Positions 18,918-28,495 of a stretch of 64,000 bases of DNA are shown one piece after another. Made by a program: the position numbers and the translations under genes. The stretch comes from Bacillota bacterium. Its GTDB lineage: Bacteria; Bacillota; Clostridia; UBA1381; UMGS1253. The notes beneath the pieces were generated by a model that did no database searches, was not told where the DNA came from, and saw nothing but the letters and a program-made list of their open reading frames with translations. The DNA lies in contig JAKJBW010000008.1 of NCBI GenBank assembly GCA_022706785.1, positions 19,826 through 83,825 on the forward strand, written 5' to 3'. Every line of letters starts with the position of its first letter. Positions within the stretch are counted from its first letter, which is position 1.

Positions 18918-19539
18918 ATTCCCAGTCCTGACGTATATAAGGATTGTTGGCTTTTTCCCAGGCAATTGTAGTATGGCGGCCGTGACCGGGGTATACCACA
19001 GTGTCATCAGGGAGGGCATACAGCTTTTCTCTGATGGATTTTTTAATCGTCGTATAGTCGCCGCCGGGCAGGTCGCACCGCCCGACATTGCCGTGAAAGA
19101 GCGTATCTCCGCTGAAAAGCACGCCTTCGGTATAATAACAAAGTCCGCCCCTTGTGTGGCCGGGTGTATGAATGACCGTCAGGCTGATATTGCCTACGCG
19201 AATGCTGTCGCCGTCATTTAAAAGCAAATCCGCCGGTTTGTCTATGCGCACCGAAAATGCCGGCGGCAGGGAAGGGTTTATCAGCTCGTCTGCCTCCAAC
19301 GCATGAGCGGCAAGCTTTGCGCCTGTAGCATCACGAAGTGCCTGCGCTGCGCCGATATGATCGAAATGCGTATGCGTCAAAAGAATGTAGCGGCAGGCCA
19401 GCTCTTCCTGCCGCAAAGTTTTGAGTATTTTGGGCGCCTCACAGGGCGCGTCAATCACCGCCGCGGCTTTGGTGGCCTCATCCGCAATGATATAACAGTT
19501 GTTGTCCATGTTTCCGAGAGATAAGGTTTTAAATAGCAT
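18907..19539 (-). CDS. MBL-fold metallo-hydrolase (glyoxalase II-like)
   Basis: Contains the LTHTHFDHIGA (HxHxDH) motif. It is 210 aa long and has a GAGGA RBS. Confidence 0.85.
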   Translation of the reverse strand: MLFKTLSLGNMDNNCYIIADEATKAAAVIDAPCEAPKILKTLRQEELACRYILLTHTHFDHIGAAQALRDATGAKLAAHALEADELINPSLPPAFSVRIDKPADLLLNDGDSIRVGNISLTVIHTPGHTRGGLCYYTEGVLFSGDTLFHGNVGRCDLPGGDYTTIKKSIREKLYALPDDTVVYPGHGRHTTIAWEKANNPYIRQDWEYDY

Positions 19540-19566
19540 GGTGTCATCCTCATATTATTTAATATA

Positions 19567-21759
19567 TTATTGCGTGGACCGGGTCACATTGTACACACCC
19601 TTGAGGTTGTTAATCTTTTTAATGATATACTCAAGCTGTGTCGTACTTGAAATCTCCACCGTCATATTCATAATGGCAAGGTTGCCTTTAGCCATACGCG
19701 CACCCATTGCCCTTATGGGGATTTTTGATTCGGTCACAGCCATTGTGATTTCGGCAAGAAGCCCGGTTCTGTCGTCCGCTTCAATCTGGAGATCGCTTAA
19801 ATAGGATGCGGATTTGGACCTCTCCCAGGATACGTCGATAAAGCGGTTCAGGTCCTCAGGCGAAAGCACGGCGCCCGACATGTTTGGGCAGTCGCGCCTA
19901 TGAACAGATACGCCGCGCCCGCGGGTGATGAAACCGATGATATCATCGCCGGGAACGGGCGTACAGCAGCGCGACAGGCGCACAAGGCAGTTGTCGATGC
20001 CATGAACGATCACCCCGTTTGAACCGGTTGTATGGGCCACCTTACTTTCGTCAAACTCAATTTCAGGTGGCAGGTTGTTGTCCTCATTTGCCTTTTCGGA
20101 CTTGGCCACCTTCAAATATTCATCCCGCAGGCGGATGACCACCTTCTGAGCCGTCAGCCCGCCATAGCCTATGGATGCGTACAGGTCGTCGAGTGAATTG
20201 AGCGTGTAACGCTTGAGCAGCGGCTCAATCCATTCGGTGCGAAACAGCTGGGCAAAGGAAAGACTGTGGCGTTTGAGCTCTTTTTCAAGCAAGTCCTTAC
20301 CCCGTATGATATTTTCATCACGCCGCTCACGCTTGAACCACTGGTTTATCTTATTGCGTGCCTGAGCGGTTTTAACGATTTTGAGCCAGTCGCGGCTTGG
20401 GCCATGGACAGACGAACTTGTCAGAATTTCAATGATATCGCCGTTTTGCAGCGTATGGTCAATGGGCACGATCTTGGAGTTTACCTTGGCGCCCATCATT
20501 TTGCTGCCTACGGCGGAATGGATGGCGAATGCAAAATCAATAGGGGTGGAACCGGCGGGAAGATTGATGACGTCGCCTTTTGGCGTGAATACAAACACCT
20601 CGTCGGCGAACAGATCGATTTTAAGCGTGCGCATAAAGTCGTCTTCATCAATGGTTTCCTTTTGCATTTCCAAAAGCTGGCGCACCCAGATGAGTTTGGA
20701 GTCTATGTCGGTAGGTCTTGAAATGCCCTCTTTGTATTTCCAGTGCGCCGCAATACCCTTTTCGGCGATATCGTGCATTTCCCATGTGCGGATCTGAATT
20801 TCCAAAGGATTGCCCGAAGGGCCTATTACGGTGGAGTGAAGCGACTGGTACATGTTAGGCTTGGGCATGGCGACATAGTCCTTGAAACGCATGGGGATGG
20901 GTTTAAACAGCTCATGGACCATGCCTAAAACAGCGTAGCAGTCGCTGACGGTGTCCACAATAATGCGTATGGCGAAGAGGTCGTAAATTTCCTCAATCGA
21001 TTTGTGCTGAGTATACATTTTTCTGTAAATACTGTAAAAATGCTTAGCGCGTCCGGCAATGCGGCCCTTTATGCCAAGCGTGTTCATTTTGACTTGGATC
21101 ATATCGATAACATCGTGGATATATTCTTCGCGTTCTTTTTTCTTTTGGTTAATGCTTTCGGCAATTTCATGGTAGGCCACAGGATCAAGATATTTCAAGG
21201 ACAGGTCCTCAAGCTCGCCCTTTACGGTCGACATACCCAAACGGTGCGCTAAAGGGGCGTATACCTCCATGGTTTCACGCGCTTTTTCACGCTGCTTTTC
21301 GGGAGGAAGGCTTTTGATTGTGCGCATATTGTGCAGACGGTCGGCAAGCTTTATGATGATGACGCGTATGTCCTTTGCCATCGCCAGAAACATTTTACGC
21401 AGGTTTTCCACCTGCTGCTCTTCCTTGGTGGTGTACTGGATTTTTCCCAGCTTTGTCACGCCGTCCACCAACAGCGCCACATCCTCGCCGAACATCTCCT
21501 TCACATCTTCAATAGTATAGTCGGTATCCTCCACCACATCGTGCAGCAGCGCGGCAATAACGGACTGAATGTCCATTTCCAGGGCGGCAAGGATATGCGC
21601 TACCTCTATAGGATGAAAGACATATGCCTCACCGGATGCACGGAACTGACCGGTATGCGCCTCTCTGGCAAAGTTAAAAGCGCGGCACACCGTTTCTGTG
21701 TCGCGATTGCTGCTATATTTTTGAATTTCCTGCAATAGTGAAGCAAGCGCCTTTTCCAC
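19567..21759 (-). CDS. relA: bifunctional (p)ppGpp synthetase/hydrolase
   Basis: A 730-aa protein with an HD domain (HDVVEDT), a synthetase domain (RAKHFYSIYRKM), and TGS and ACT regions. It has a GTG start after AAAGGAGG. Confidence 0.95.
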   Translation of the reverse strand: MEKALASLLQEIQKYSSNRDTETVCRAFNFAREAHTGQFRASGEAYVFHPIEVAHILAALEMDIQSVIAALLHDVVEDTDYTIEDVKEMFGEDVALLVDGVTKLGKIQYTTKEEQQVENLRKMFLAMAKDIRVIIIKLADRLHNMRTIKSLPPEKQREKARETMEVYAPLAHRLGMSTVKGELEDLSLKYLDPVAYHEIAESINQKKKEREEYIHDVIDMIQVKMNTLGIKGRIAGRAKHFYSIYRKMYTQHKSIEEIYDLFAIRIIVDTVSDCYAVLGMVHELFKPIPMRFKDYVAMPKPNMYQSLHSTVIGPSGNPLEIQIRTWEMHDIAEKGIAAHWKYKEGISRPTDIDSKLIWVRQLLEMQKETIDEDDFMRTLKIDLFADEVFVFTPKGDVINLPAGSTPIDFAFAIHSAVGSKMMGAKVNSKIVPIDHTLQNGDIIEILTSSSVHGPSRDWLKIVKTAQARNKINQWFKRERRDENIIRGKDLLEKELKRHSLSFAQLFRTEWIEPLLKRYTLNSLDDLYASIGYGGLTAQKVVIRLRDEYLKVAKSEKANEDNNLPPEIEFDESKVAHTTGSNGVIVHGIDNCLVRLSRCCTPVPGDDIIGFITRGRGVSVHRRDCPNMSGAVLSPEDLNRFIDVSWERSKSASYLSDLQIEADDRTGLLAEITMAVTESKIPIRAMGARMAKGNLAIMNMTVEISSTTQLEYIIKKINNLKGVYNVTRSTQ

Positions 21760-21783
21760 AAGGCCGCCTCCTTTTCATAAAAA

Positions 21784-23499
21784 CTATCTGAGCGAAAACC
21801 GCACATCCTTTAAAATGAGCTGCAAATATTTTCCCTCCCGGTAGGAATTGATATCCATACAAAAGGCGGCGTCCACCATATCGCCGACCACGAACCTGCC
21901 GGCCAGCTCACCCATACCAAAGCCTATCATTTCCACGTATTTTCCGTTCTGTGCCAGGGTCAGCTTGCAATGCCGGCCTTCGCTTATCGTGCGCACAGCA
22001 ATGAGCCGTGCATTGAGGAGGGCAAAAACAGGCTGGGGATTGCCCATACCGAACGGTTCTAATATTTTTATCTTTTCGGCGTTTTCCACCGTCAGGTCAT
22101 AGATGTTTACCGAGGCGTCAAGCCTGAGCGACGGTTGCATGTCTTCTTCGGATACAACGGCATCGGCGTAGGCGTTTATCCGTTTGTCAAACTCTGCGAT
22201 ATCATCTGTTTTAAGGCCCAGACCGGCTGCCAGCTCGTGTCCGCCGTATTTCATCAGAAGATCGGAACAGGCCGAAAGCGCCTCGAACAGGTTAAAGCCT
22301 TTAATGCTTCTTCCGGAGCCTTTGCCGTTTCCGTCTGTTGTTGAAATCAGTATGGCCGGCTTTGCATAGCGCTCGACGATACGCGATGCGACAATGCCTA
22401 TAACACCGTGATGCCAATCTTCACGCGCAAGGACAAGAACCTTCTTTTTTAAAAATTCGCTGTTGCCCTCAACCATTTCAAGCGCCTCTTTTAATATGCC
22501 CTGCTCGGTAAGCTGACGTTTGCGGTTTTCTTCCTCAAGGCTCAAAGCAATTTCCATCGCCCGGTCATTCGAATCCGTGGAGAGCAGCTCCACTGCGGTC
22601 GACGCATCGCCGATACGGCCGGCCGCGTTGATGCGCGGGGCAATAATAAAGCTGATTATACCTGCGTTTATGGGTTTATCTGAAATGCCTGAGGTAAAAA
22701 GCAAGGCCCTAAGCCCTTTGTTTTCGGTAAACTTTATATTTTTCATACCGTTTGCGACGAAAATACGGTTTTCATCAGTAAGCGGGACAACGTCGGCTAT
22801 GGTGCCCACAGCGACCATATCGATATATTTGTCAAAATAGTCCTTTGCCCGCTTGCCCGCTTCCAGAGCTGTGGCCAGGATAAGCTTGAACGTAACGCCG
22901 ACGCCGGCAAGGTCTTTAAAAGGATACCCGCAGTCCGGTTGTTTCGGGTTGACCACCGCACAGGCCTGGGGAATGTCTTCTTTGCATGTGTGGTGGTCGG
23001 TAATGATGATATCCAGGCCTATGCTCTTTGCAAACGTCACTTCGCCTGTGGCGGTGATGCCGCAGTCAACGGTAATAATCAATGACGCGCCTTGCTTTTT
23101 AAGCTTCTGCAGGGCCAGGATATTGATTCCGTAGCCTTCATCTGACCGGCTGGGTATGTAATAGCTGACATCCGCACCCACGGAACAAAGAAACTGATAA
23201 AGGATAGCGGTTGATGTGATTCCGTCTACATCATAATCGCCGTAGATCACAATTTTTTCGCTTTTTCCGATTGCCTCAAGAATACGGCCTGCCGCTTTTT
23301 TAGCATCCTTTAGCTCAAACGGATGATGCACCCCGCCAATACTTTTGTTTAAATATGCCCTGATTTTTTCACTGTCTGCAATAGAACGGTTTAATAAAAT
23401 AGTAGCGAGCATGGAAGGTATGCCGAATTCATTTGCGATTTGCAAAACGGTGCCGGGCTCTGCGTCCCTGCCGAGAAAAATCCATCTCTTGTTTACCAT
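21784..23499 (-). CDS. recJ: single-stranded-DNA-specific exonuclease RecJ
   Basis: Contains the DHH motifs IYGDYDVDGITS and ITDHH plus a DHHA1 GGHELAAG motif. Confidence 0.93.
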   Translation of the reverse strand: MVNKRWIFLGRDAEPGTVLQIANEFGIPSMLATILLNRSIADSEKIRAYLNKSIGGVHHPFELKDAKKAAGRILEAIGKSEKIVIYGDYDVDGITSTAILYQFLCSVGADVSYYIPSRSDEGYGINILALQKLKKQGASLIITVDCGITATGEVTFAKSIGLDIIITDHHTCKEDIPQACAVVNPKQPDCGYPFKDLAGVGVTFKLILATALEAGKRAKDYFDKYIDMVAVGTIADVVPLTDENRIFVANGMKNIKFTENKGLRALLFTSGISDKPINAGIISFIIAPRINAAGRIGDASTAVELLSTDSNDRAMEIALSLEEENRKRQLTEQGILKEALEMVEGNSEFLKKKVLVLAREDWHHGVIGIVASRIVERYAKPAILISTTDGNGKGSGRSIKGFNLFEALSACSDLLMKYGGHELAAGLGLKTDDIAEFDKRINAYADAVVSEEDMQPSLRLDASVNIYDLTVENAEKIKILEPFGMGNPQPVFALLNARLIAVRTISEGRHCKLTLAQNGKYVEMIGFGMGELAGRFVVGDMVDAAFCMDINSYREGKYLQLILKDVRFSLR

Positions 23500-23723
23500 G
23501 CGCGCCTCCCGATAGTATAATATAATATTATAGCAGAACGGGTATGGTTATTCAACATTTTTTTCAGGGGCCCTTTTTGGCAGGTTATTGCGATAAAAGG
23601 CCTGTTTCAAGACGGTCGCACAAATATTTACGTTCTGTATGCCGGGCATTTATATATCAAAACGCTTTTTTTGATATACCATGACATTTATCAAAAAATA
23701 TCTCAAAAATTTGCTAAATTCCC

Positions 23724-23752
23724 TTGACGCTGTCATGTTTTCGTGCTACCAT
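23724..23752 (+). promoter_or_regulatory. candidate sigma-A promoter for oadB
   Basis: TTGACG (23724-23729), a 17-nt spacer ending in TGC, then TACCAT (23747-23752). Confidence 0.4.
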
Positions 23753-23814
23753 TAGAAACGGTTGTGCGTAAGCTTCACAGCGCAAAATATAAAGATAAAA
23801 GGGAGAAATAGGGC

Positions 23815-24963
23815 GTGGAATTTCTATATCAGAACATAACTGAAATCACATGGCAGGCTCTTCTTATGTGGGTAATAGGCGGCATACTTATTTATCTTGC
23901 GATTAAAAAGGGGATGGAGCCCGCCTTATTGTTGCCGTTAGGGTTTGGCGCAATCCTGGTCAATCTGCCCCTTTCGGGTGTGCTAAACCAGATGACGGAG
24001 GGAATAGGTGAGGTCAACGGTATTATACAGTGGCTGTTCCATGTGGGTATTGAGGCATCGGAGGCTATGCCGCTTCTGTTGTTTATCGGAATAGGGGCCA
24101 TGATTGATTTCGGGCCGCTTCTTTCCAATCCCAAGCTTTTGCTTTTTGGGGCGGCAGCTCAGTTTGGCATTTTCGCAACGATTTTTGTGTCTACCCTGTT
24201 CGGCTTTGACCTGCGCGACGCCGCTTCTATCGGTATCATCGGCGCTGCCGACGGTCCTACTTCTATTTTGGTTTCTCAGGTTTTAAAAAGCTCTTATGTC
24301 GGGCCGATTGCCGTAGCGGCGTATTCGTATATGGCGTTGGTTCCTATCATACAGCCTATAGCCATTAAGCTGGTAACAACAAAGAAAGAACGCGCTATCC
24401 GTATGGCGTATAATCCCAAGAATGTGTCTAAGACCGCCAAAATCCTGTTCCCCATTCTTGTTACCGTAATTGCAGGCCTGATCGCGCCCGCTTCGGTAGC
24501 GTTGGTAGGCTTTTTGATGTTTGGCAACCTCATCCGTGAGTGCGGTGTGTTAAACTCGCTTTCCGAAACCGCGCAAAAAGAGCTTGCCAATCTGATTACG
24601 CTGCTTTTGGGTATTACCATTTCGTTCAGTATGAGGGCAAGCGATTTTGTCACTTTCAATACCTTTATCATTATGGTGCTTGGGTTATGCGCCTTTGTGT
24701 TTGATACTATGGCGGGCGTGCTCTTTGCTAAGTTTCTCAACCTGTTCAGCAAAAATAAGGTCAACCCCATGGTAGGCGCGGCTGGGATTTCGGCATTTCC
24801 CATGTCGGCAAGGGTTGTGCAGAAGCTCGGCCTTGAAGCCGATAACCAGAATTTTCTGCTGATGCACGCGGTCGGCGCAAACGTGGCCGGGCAGATCGCC
24901 TCGGTCGTTGCGGGCGGCGTGATCCTGGGGCTTATGCCAAAGATACTGCAGATGTTAGGTTAA
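23815..24963 (+). CDS. oadB: Na+-translocating decarboxylase beta subunit (OadB/GcdB/MmdB family)
   Basis: A 382-aa polytopic protein with IGIIGAADGPTS and GAAGISAFPMSARV motifs characteristic of the OAD_beta family. It has a GTG start after AAAGGGAG. Confidence 0.88.
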   Translation: MEFLYQNITEITWQALLMWVIGGILIYLAIKKGMEPALLLPLGFGAILVNLPLSGVLNQMTEGIGEVNGIIQWLFHVGIEASEAMPLLLFIGIGAMIDFGPLLSNPKLLLFGAAAQFGIFATIFVSTLFGFDLRDAASIGIIGAADGPTSILVSQVLKSSYVGPIAVAAYSYMALVPIIQPIAIKLVTTKKERAIRMAYNPKNVSKTAKILFPILVTVIAGLIAPASVALVGFLMFGNLIRECGVLNSLSETAQKELANLITLLLGITISFSMRASDFVTFNTFIIMVLGLCAFVFDTMAGVLFAKFLNLFSKNKVNPMVGAAGISAFPMSARVVQKLGLEADNQNFLLMHAVGANVAGQIASVVAGGVILGLMPKILQMLG

Positions 24964-24979
24964 AAGAGAGGGAGATAAA

Positions 24980-25123
24980 ATGAATACAATTAATTTGATG
25001 CTGTCATTGGGTCTTATGTGGAAGGGCATGCTGGCGATTTTTGTCGTGATAATCGTGGTTTTTCTTGTTGTCAATCTTCTTTTGCGCGTCACCGGAAACA
25101 AGTCGGAAGACAGTGAGCAATAA
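24980..25123 (+). CDS. 47-aa single-TM protein, OadG-like (gamma subunit) candidate
   Basis: Not in the ORF track because it is under 60 aa. An ATG lies 8 nt after GAGGGAG. The translation is MNTINLMLSLGLMWKGMLAIFVVIIVVFLVVNLLLRVTGNKSEDSEQ: one hydrophobic helix plus a charged tail, directly after oadB. Confidence 0.55.
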   Translation: MNTINLMLSLGLMWKGMLAIFVVIIVVFLVVNLLLRVTGNKSEDSEQ

Positions 25124-25167
25124 TCGGGGCAAAGTCAGTTAAAACAAGAAAGAGGGCTAGTAAAAAA

Positions 25168-26214
25168 ATGCATTCTATCGCTATTGTGGGATTCGGGGGA
25201 ATAGGAAATTGGCATGCAAATAATATCATGGAGATGGACGAAACCGGGCTTGCGGGGGTTTATGATATTAACCCCAAGCGCACGGAGCTTGCTGCTTCCA
25301 AAGGGATTGCCGTTTATCCCGACTATGAGGCGCTGCTGGCGGATGCTTCTATTGATACTGTTATCGTTGCTACGCCGAATAATTTCCATAAATCACTGTC
25401 GATACAGGCGCTGCAGGCAGGCAAAAATGTTATCTGCGAAAAGCCTGTGATGATGAACGCAAAAGAGCTCCAGGAGGTTTTGGCAGTCGCCAAAGAGGCT
25501 GGCAAGCTGTTCGCGCCGCACCAGAACCGCCGGTGGGACAGGGATTTTAACATTGTTAAAAATGTGCTTGATTCGGGCGTTATCGGCAAGCCGTTTTATA
25601 TTGAGTCGCGAGTGCAGGGAGCCAAGGGCATACCGGGAGACTGGCGGTGCGTTAAAGAAGCGGGCGGCGGTATGCTGTATGACTGGGGCGTGCATCTGAT
25701 TGACCAGATCATGTGGTATGTCGACAGCCCCGTAACTGAGGTGTATACCCACATGCTTTCGGTTAAATTTGAGGATGTGGACGATAATTTCAAGCTGATG
25801 CTGCGCTTTGAAAACGGCCTTTCCGCGCTGATTGAGGTAGACACCTATACCTTTATCAATCTTCCCAGATGGCATGTGTCCTGTACCGAAGGTACCATGG
25901 TGGTGGACAACTGGGATTGTGACGGGCGTATTGTGAAAGCAAAGACCGTAGAATTCAATTGGGAAGAGGGCATCGTCTATACAGCGGCGGGGCCGACAAA
26001 GACCATGGCGCCAAGACCTAAAGAATCGATTGAGGAGCTGCCTTTGCCGGAAGTCAGCGTGGATTGCAAGGACTATTACCGCAATTTTGCGCGTGCTGCG
26101 CAGGGCGTTGAGGAATTGATCGTACAGCCGTGGCAGGCGCTTCGCGTCATGAAAGTGATTGACGCCGCTTTTGAGTCAGGGCAAAAGGGCGGCTGTGTCA
26201 AGTGCCATATTTAA
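25168..26214 (+). CDS. Gfo/Idh/MocA-family NAD(P)-dependent oxidoreductase
   Basis: Contains an IAIVGFGGIGNWH Rossmann N-terminus and the EKP motif (VICEKPV), with a typical C-terminal alpha/beta domain. Confidence 0.85.
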   Translation: MHSIAIVGFGGIGNWHANNIMEMDETGLAGVYDINPKRTELAASKGIAVYPDYEALLADASIDTVIVATPNNFHKSLSIQALQAGKNVICEKPVMMNAKELQEVLAVAKEAGKLFAPHQNRRWDRDFNIVKNVLDSGVIGKPFYIESRVQGAKGIPGDWRCVKEAGGGMLYDWGVHLIDQIMWYVDSPVTEVYTHMLSVKFEDVDDNFKLMLRFENGLSALIEVDTYTFINLPRWHVSCTEGTMVVDNWDCDGRIVKAKTVEFNWEEGIVYTAAGPTKTMAPRPKESIEELPLPEVSVDCKDYYRNFARAAQGVEELIVQPWQALRVMKVIDAAFESGQKGGCVKCHI

Positions 26215-26249
26215 CAGAGGCTTGATCAGATGATATCCAAAGCTGTTTT

Positions 26250-26285
26250 GGCGTGCGGACAAAAAATGTCTGTACGCCTTTTTTC
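26250..26285 (+). terminator. intrinsic terminator after the oxidoreductase gene
   Basis: GGCGTGCGGAC-AAAAAAT-GTCTGTACGCC forms an 11-bp stem with two G-U pairs, followed by TTTTTT. Confidence 0.7.
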
Positions 26286-26299
26286 GTCGTAAGCAACTG

Positions 26300-26333
26300 C
26301 CTAATACTATTTTGAATGCGAAATAGTATTAGG
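26300..26333. repeat. perfect 13-bp inverted repeat with an 8-nt spacer
   Basis: The sequence is CCTAATACTATTT-TGAATGCG-AAATAGTATTAGG. Confidence 0.8.
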
Positions 26334-26431
26334 GAGCCGGCGCAGACCGGGCTAAAACGGCTGACAGGCTATATTGGCGCCGCTTTCTGCCGCTGCCTGC
26401 TTTTGCGGGCGGATAAATTTTCTTATTCTTC

Positions 26432-26460
26432 TTGCAAAAGCAGGGCATATGCAGTAAAAT
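26432..26460 (+). promoter_or_regulatory. candidate sigma-A promoter for ddl
   Basis: TTGCAA (26432-26437), a 17-nt spacer, then TAAAAT (26455-26460). Confidence 0.45.
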
Positions 26461-26540
26461 AAACGCATAATGTTTATAGTTAACACCGTTTTGATTGCGT
26501 ATAGGATACAGTAAAAATCAAGTGCTGGGGGCTTTGTCAA

Positions 26541-27617
26541 ATGACGGAAAAGAAACTGAAGGTGTGTGTGGTTTTCGGCGGTCAGTCGTCCGAACATGAG
26601 GTGTCGGCGGTATCGGCCGCGTCTGTGATAGACAATCTGGACAAGGAAAAATATAAGATCATCAAGCTGGGCATCACCAAAAAGGGAAGATGGTTCATCT
26701 ATACCGGCAAGACGCAAAAAATTGCTGACGGCAGCTGGCAGCGGGACAAAGATAATCTAAAACAGGTTGTCGGGTCGCCTTCCCCGGTGCATAAAGGCCT
26801 TTTGGTGCTTGAGGAGGGCGGCTGGCGCAGCTTAAAAGCTGACGTGTTTTTCCCTGTGCTGCATGGCATTTACGGTGAAGACGGCACCATTCAGGGGCTG
26901 TTCGAGATGGCATGTGTGAAATACGTCGGCTGCGGTGTGCTGGCCTCCGCCATGGGTATGAATAAGCTATATGCCAAAATGGCGTTTGAAAGCGCAGGAT
27001 TACCTCAGGCCAAATGGGTACGTGCAGACAGGCATGAGCTTGAGCATATTGAAGGCGCTATTGACAGGATTGAAAGCAAGCTTGGGTATCCTTGCTTTGT
27101 AAAGCCCGCCAATGCGGGCAGCTCGGTGGGAATTTCGCGGGCGCTTAACCGTGAATCGCTTGCAGAAGCGCTTGCCGTGGCGGCCCTGCACGACCGCCAG
27201 CTTGTGATTGAGGAAGCGGTTGTGGGGCGTGAGGTGGAGTGCTCTGTTCTCGGCAACCGTCAGGTGTCGGCGGCGGCGGTGGGCGAGGTCGTATCGGCAA
27301 GCGGGTTTTACGATTATAAAGAAAAATATCAGACCAATACCGCCAAGCTTTGTATTCCTGCCAACCTGCCAGAGGATACCCAAGCGCTTGTCCGCCAAAG
27401 GGCGATTCTGGCTTTCAAGGCGATCGACGGGCAGGGCTTGTCCAGAGTGGATTTCTTTGTAAGAAGCTCTGATAACGAGGTGTTGATTAATGAAATAAAC
27501 ACCATGCCGGGCTTTACGTCAATCAGCATGTATGCAAAGCTGTGGGGCGCTGTGGGCGTCAGTTATTCAGACCTTCTTGATCAATTAATTGAACTGGCGA
27601 TGCAGCGGGAAAAGTGA
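26541..27617 (+). CDS. ddl: D-alanine--D-alanine ligase
   Basis: VVFGGQSSEHEVS at the N-terminus, an ATP-grasp core, and a C-terminal NEINTMPGFT motif. Confidence 0.95.
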   Translation: MTEKKLKVCVVFGGQSSEHEVSAVSAASVIDNLDKEKYKIIKLGITKKGRWFIYTGKTQKIADGSWQRDKDNLKQVVGSPSPVHKGLLVLEEGGWRSLKADVFFPVLHGIYGEDGTIQGLFEMACVKYVGCGVLASAMGMNKLYAKMAFESAGLPQAKWVRADRHELEHIEGAIDRIESKLGYPCFVKPANAGSSVGISRALNRESLAEALAVAALHDRQLVIEEAVVGREVECSVLGNRQVSAAAVGEVVSASGFYDYKEKYQTNTAKLCIPANLPEDTQALVRQRAILAFKAIDGQGLSRVDFFVRSSDNEVLINEINTMPGFTSISMYAKLWGAVGVSYSDLLDQLIELAMQREK

Positions 27618-27685
27618 TAGATAGGGCAGATGACCGGATAGCAAAATCAGAGTAAGGTCACCTGTATCCGGAAACGGGGGGAACT

Positions 27686-28495
27686 ATGGACAACAGGGCA
27701 ATTGGAGTGTTTGATTCGGGACTGGGCGGGCTCACCGCTGTCAAACAGCTTATGCGTGAGCTTCCGCATGAGGATATCATATATTTCGGGGATACCGGCC
27801 GCGTACCGTATGGTACAAGGTCGGTGGATACCATTATAAAGTACGTTGAGGGCGATATACGCTTTTTGAAGACATTTGACATTAAGATAATCGTTGTGGC
27901 CTGCGGCACGGCAAGCGCTGTCGCCCTGCCTGTGATCGGATCTTCCATAGGTCTGCCCGCCGTGGGGGTTTTGGATGCGGCCAGCAAGGCTGCCGTTAAG
28001 GTGACAAAAAATAAAAAAATAGGCATCATAGGTACGCCATCCACCATTGCAAGCAAAGCATACGGCACCAAGATAAGAAGTCTTATGGCGGATGTAGGAA
28101 TTTATTCGGCTGCGTGTCCCTTGTTTGTGCCGCTGGTGGAAAACGGGCACACAAGCTCGGAGGTGGTACGCCTGGTGGCACAGGAGTATCTGGGCGATTT
28201 AAAGGACAGCGGAATTGACACTTTGATCCTGGGCTGCACACATTATCCTTTGCTAAAAGGTGTCATTTCTGGTATAATGGGAAATGATGTCGCCCTGATT
28301 GACGTCGGGGAACAGACGGCGAAACGCGTCGGTGAATTTCTCTGCGAAAACGGCCTGATGTCCGAGCGCACGGGCAAGGGAAGCTGCCGGTATTTTGTGA
28401 GCGATACCACGGAGAATTTTGAAAAGCTGGGCAGTCTGTTTTTGCAGCAGCGTATTGAAGGACTGGTGAATAAGGTTGATATTGAAAAATACTAA
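27686..28495 (+). CDS. murI: glutamate racemase
   Basis: Contains the IGVFDSGLGGLT, VVACGTAS and ILGCTHYP catalytic Cys motifs. Confidence 0.95.
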   Translation: MDNRAIGVFDSGLGGLTAVKQLMRELPHEDIIYFGDTGRVPYGTRSVDTIIKYVEGDIRFLKTFDIKIIVVACGTASAVALPVIGSSIGLPAVGVLDAASKAAVKVTKNKKIGIIGTPSTIASKAYGTKIRSLMADVGIYSAACPLFVPLVENGHTSSEVVRLVAQEYLGDLKDSGIDTLILGCTHYPLLKGVISGIMGNDVALIDVGEQTAKRVGEFLCENGLMSERTGKGSCRYFVSDTTENFEKLGSLFLQQRIEGLVNKVDIEKY

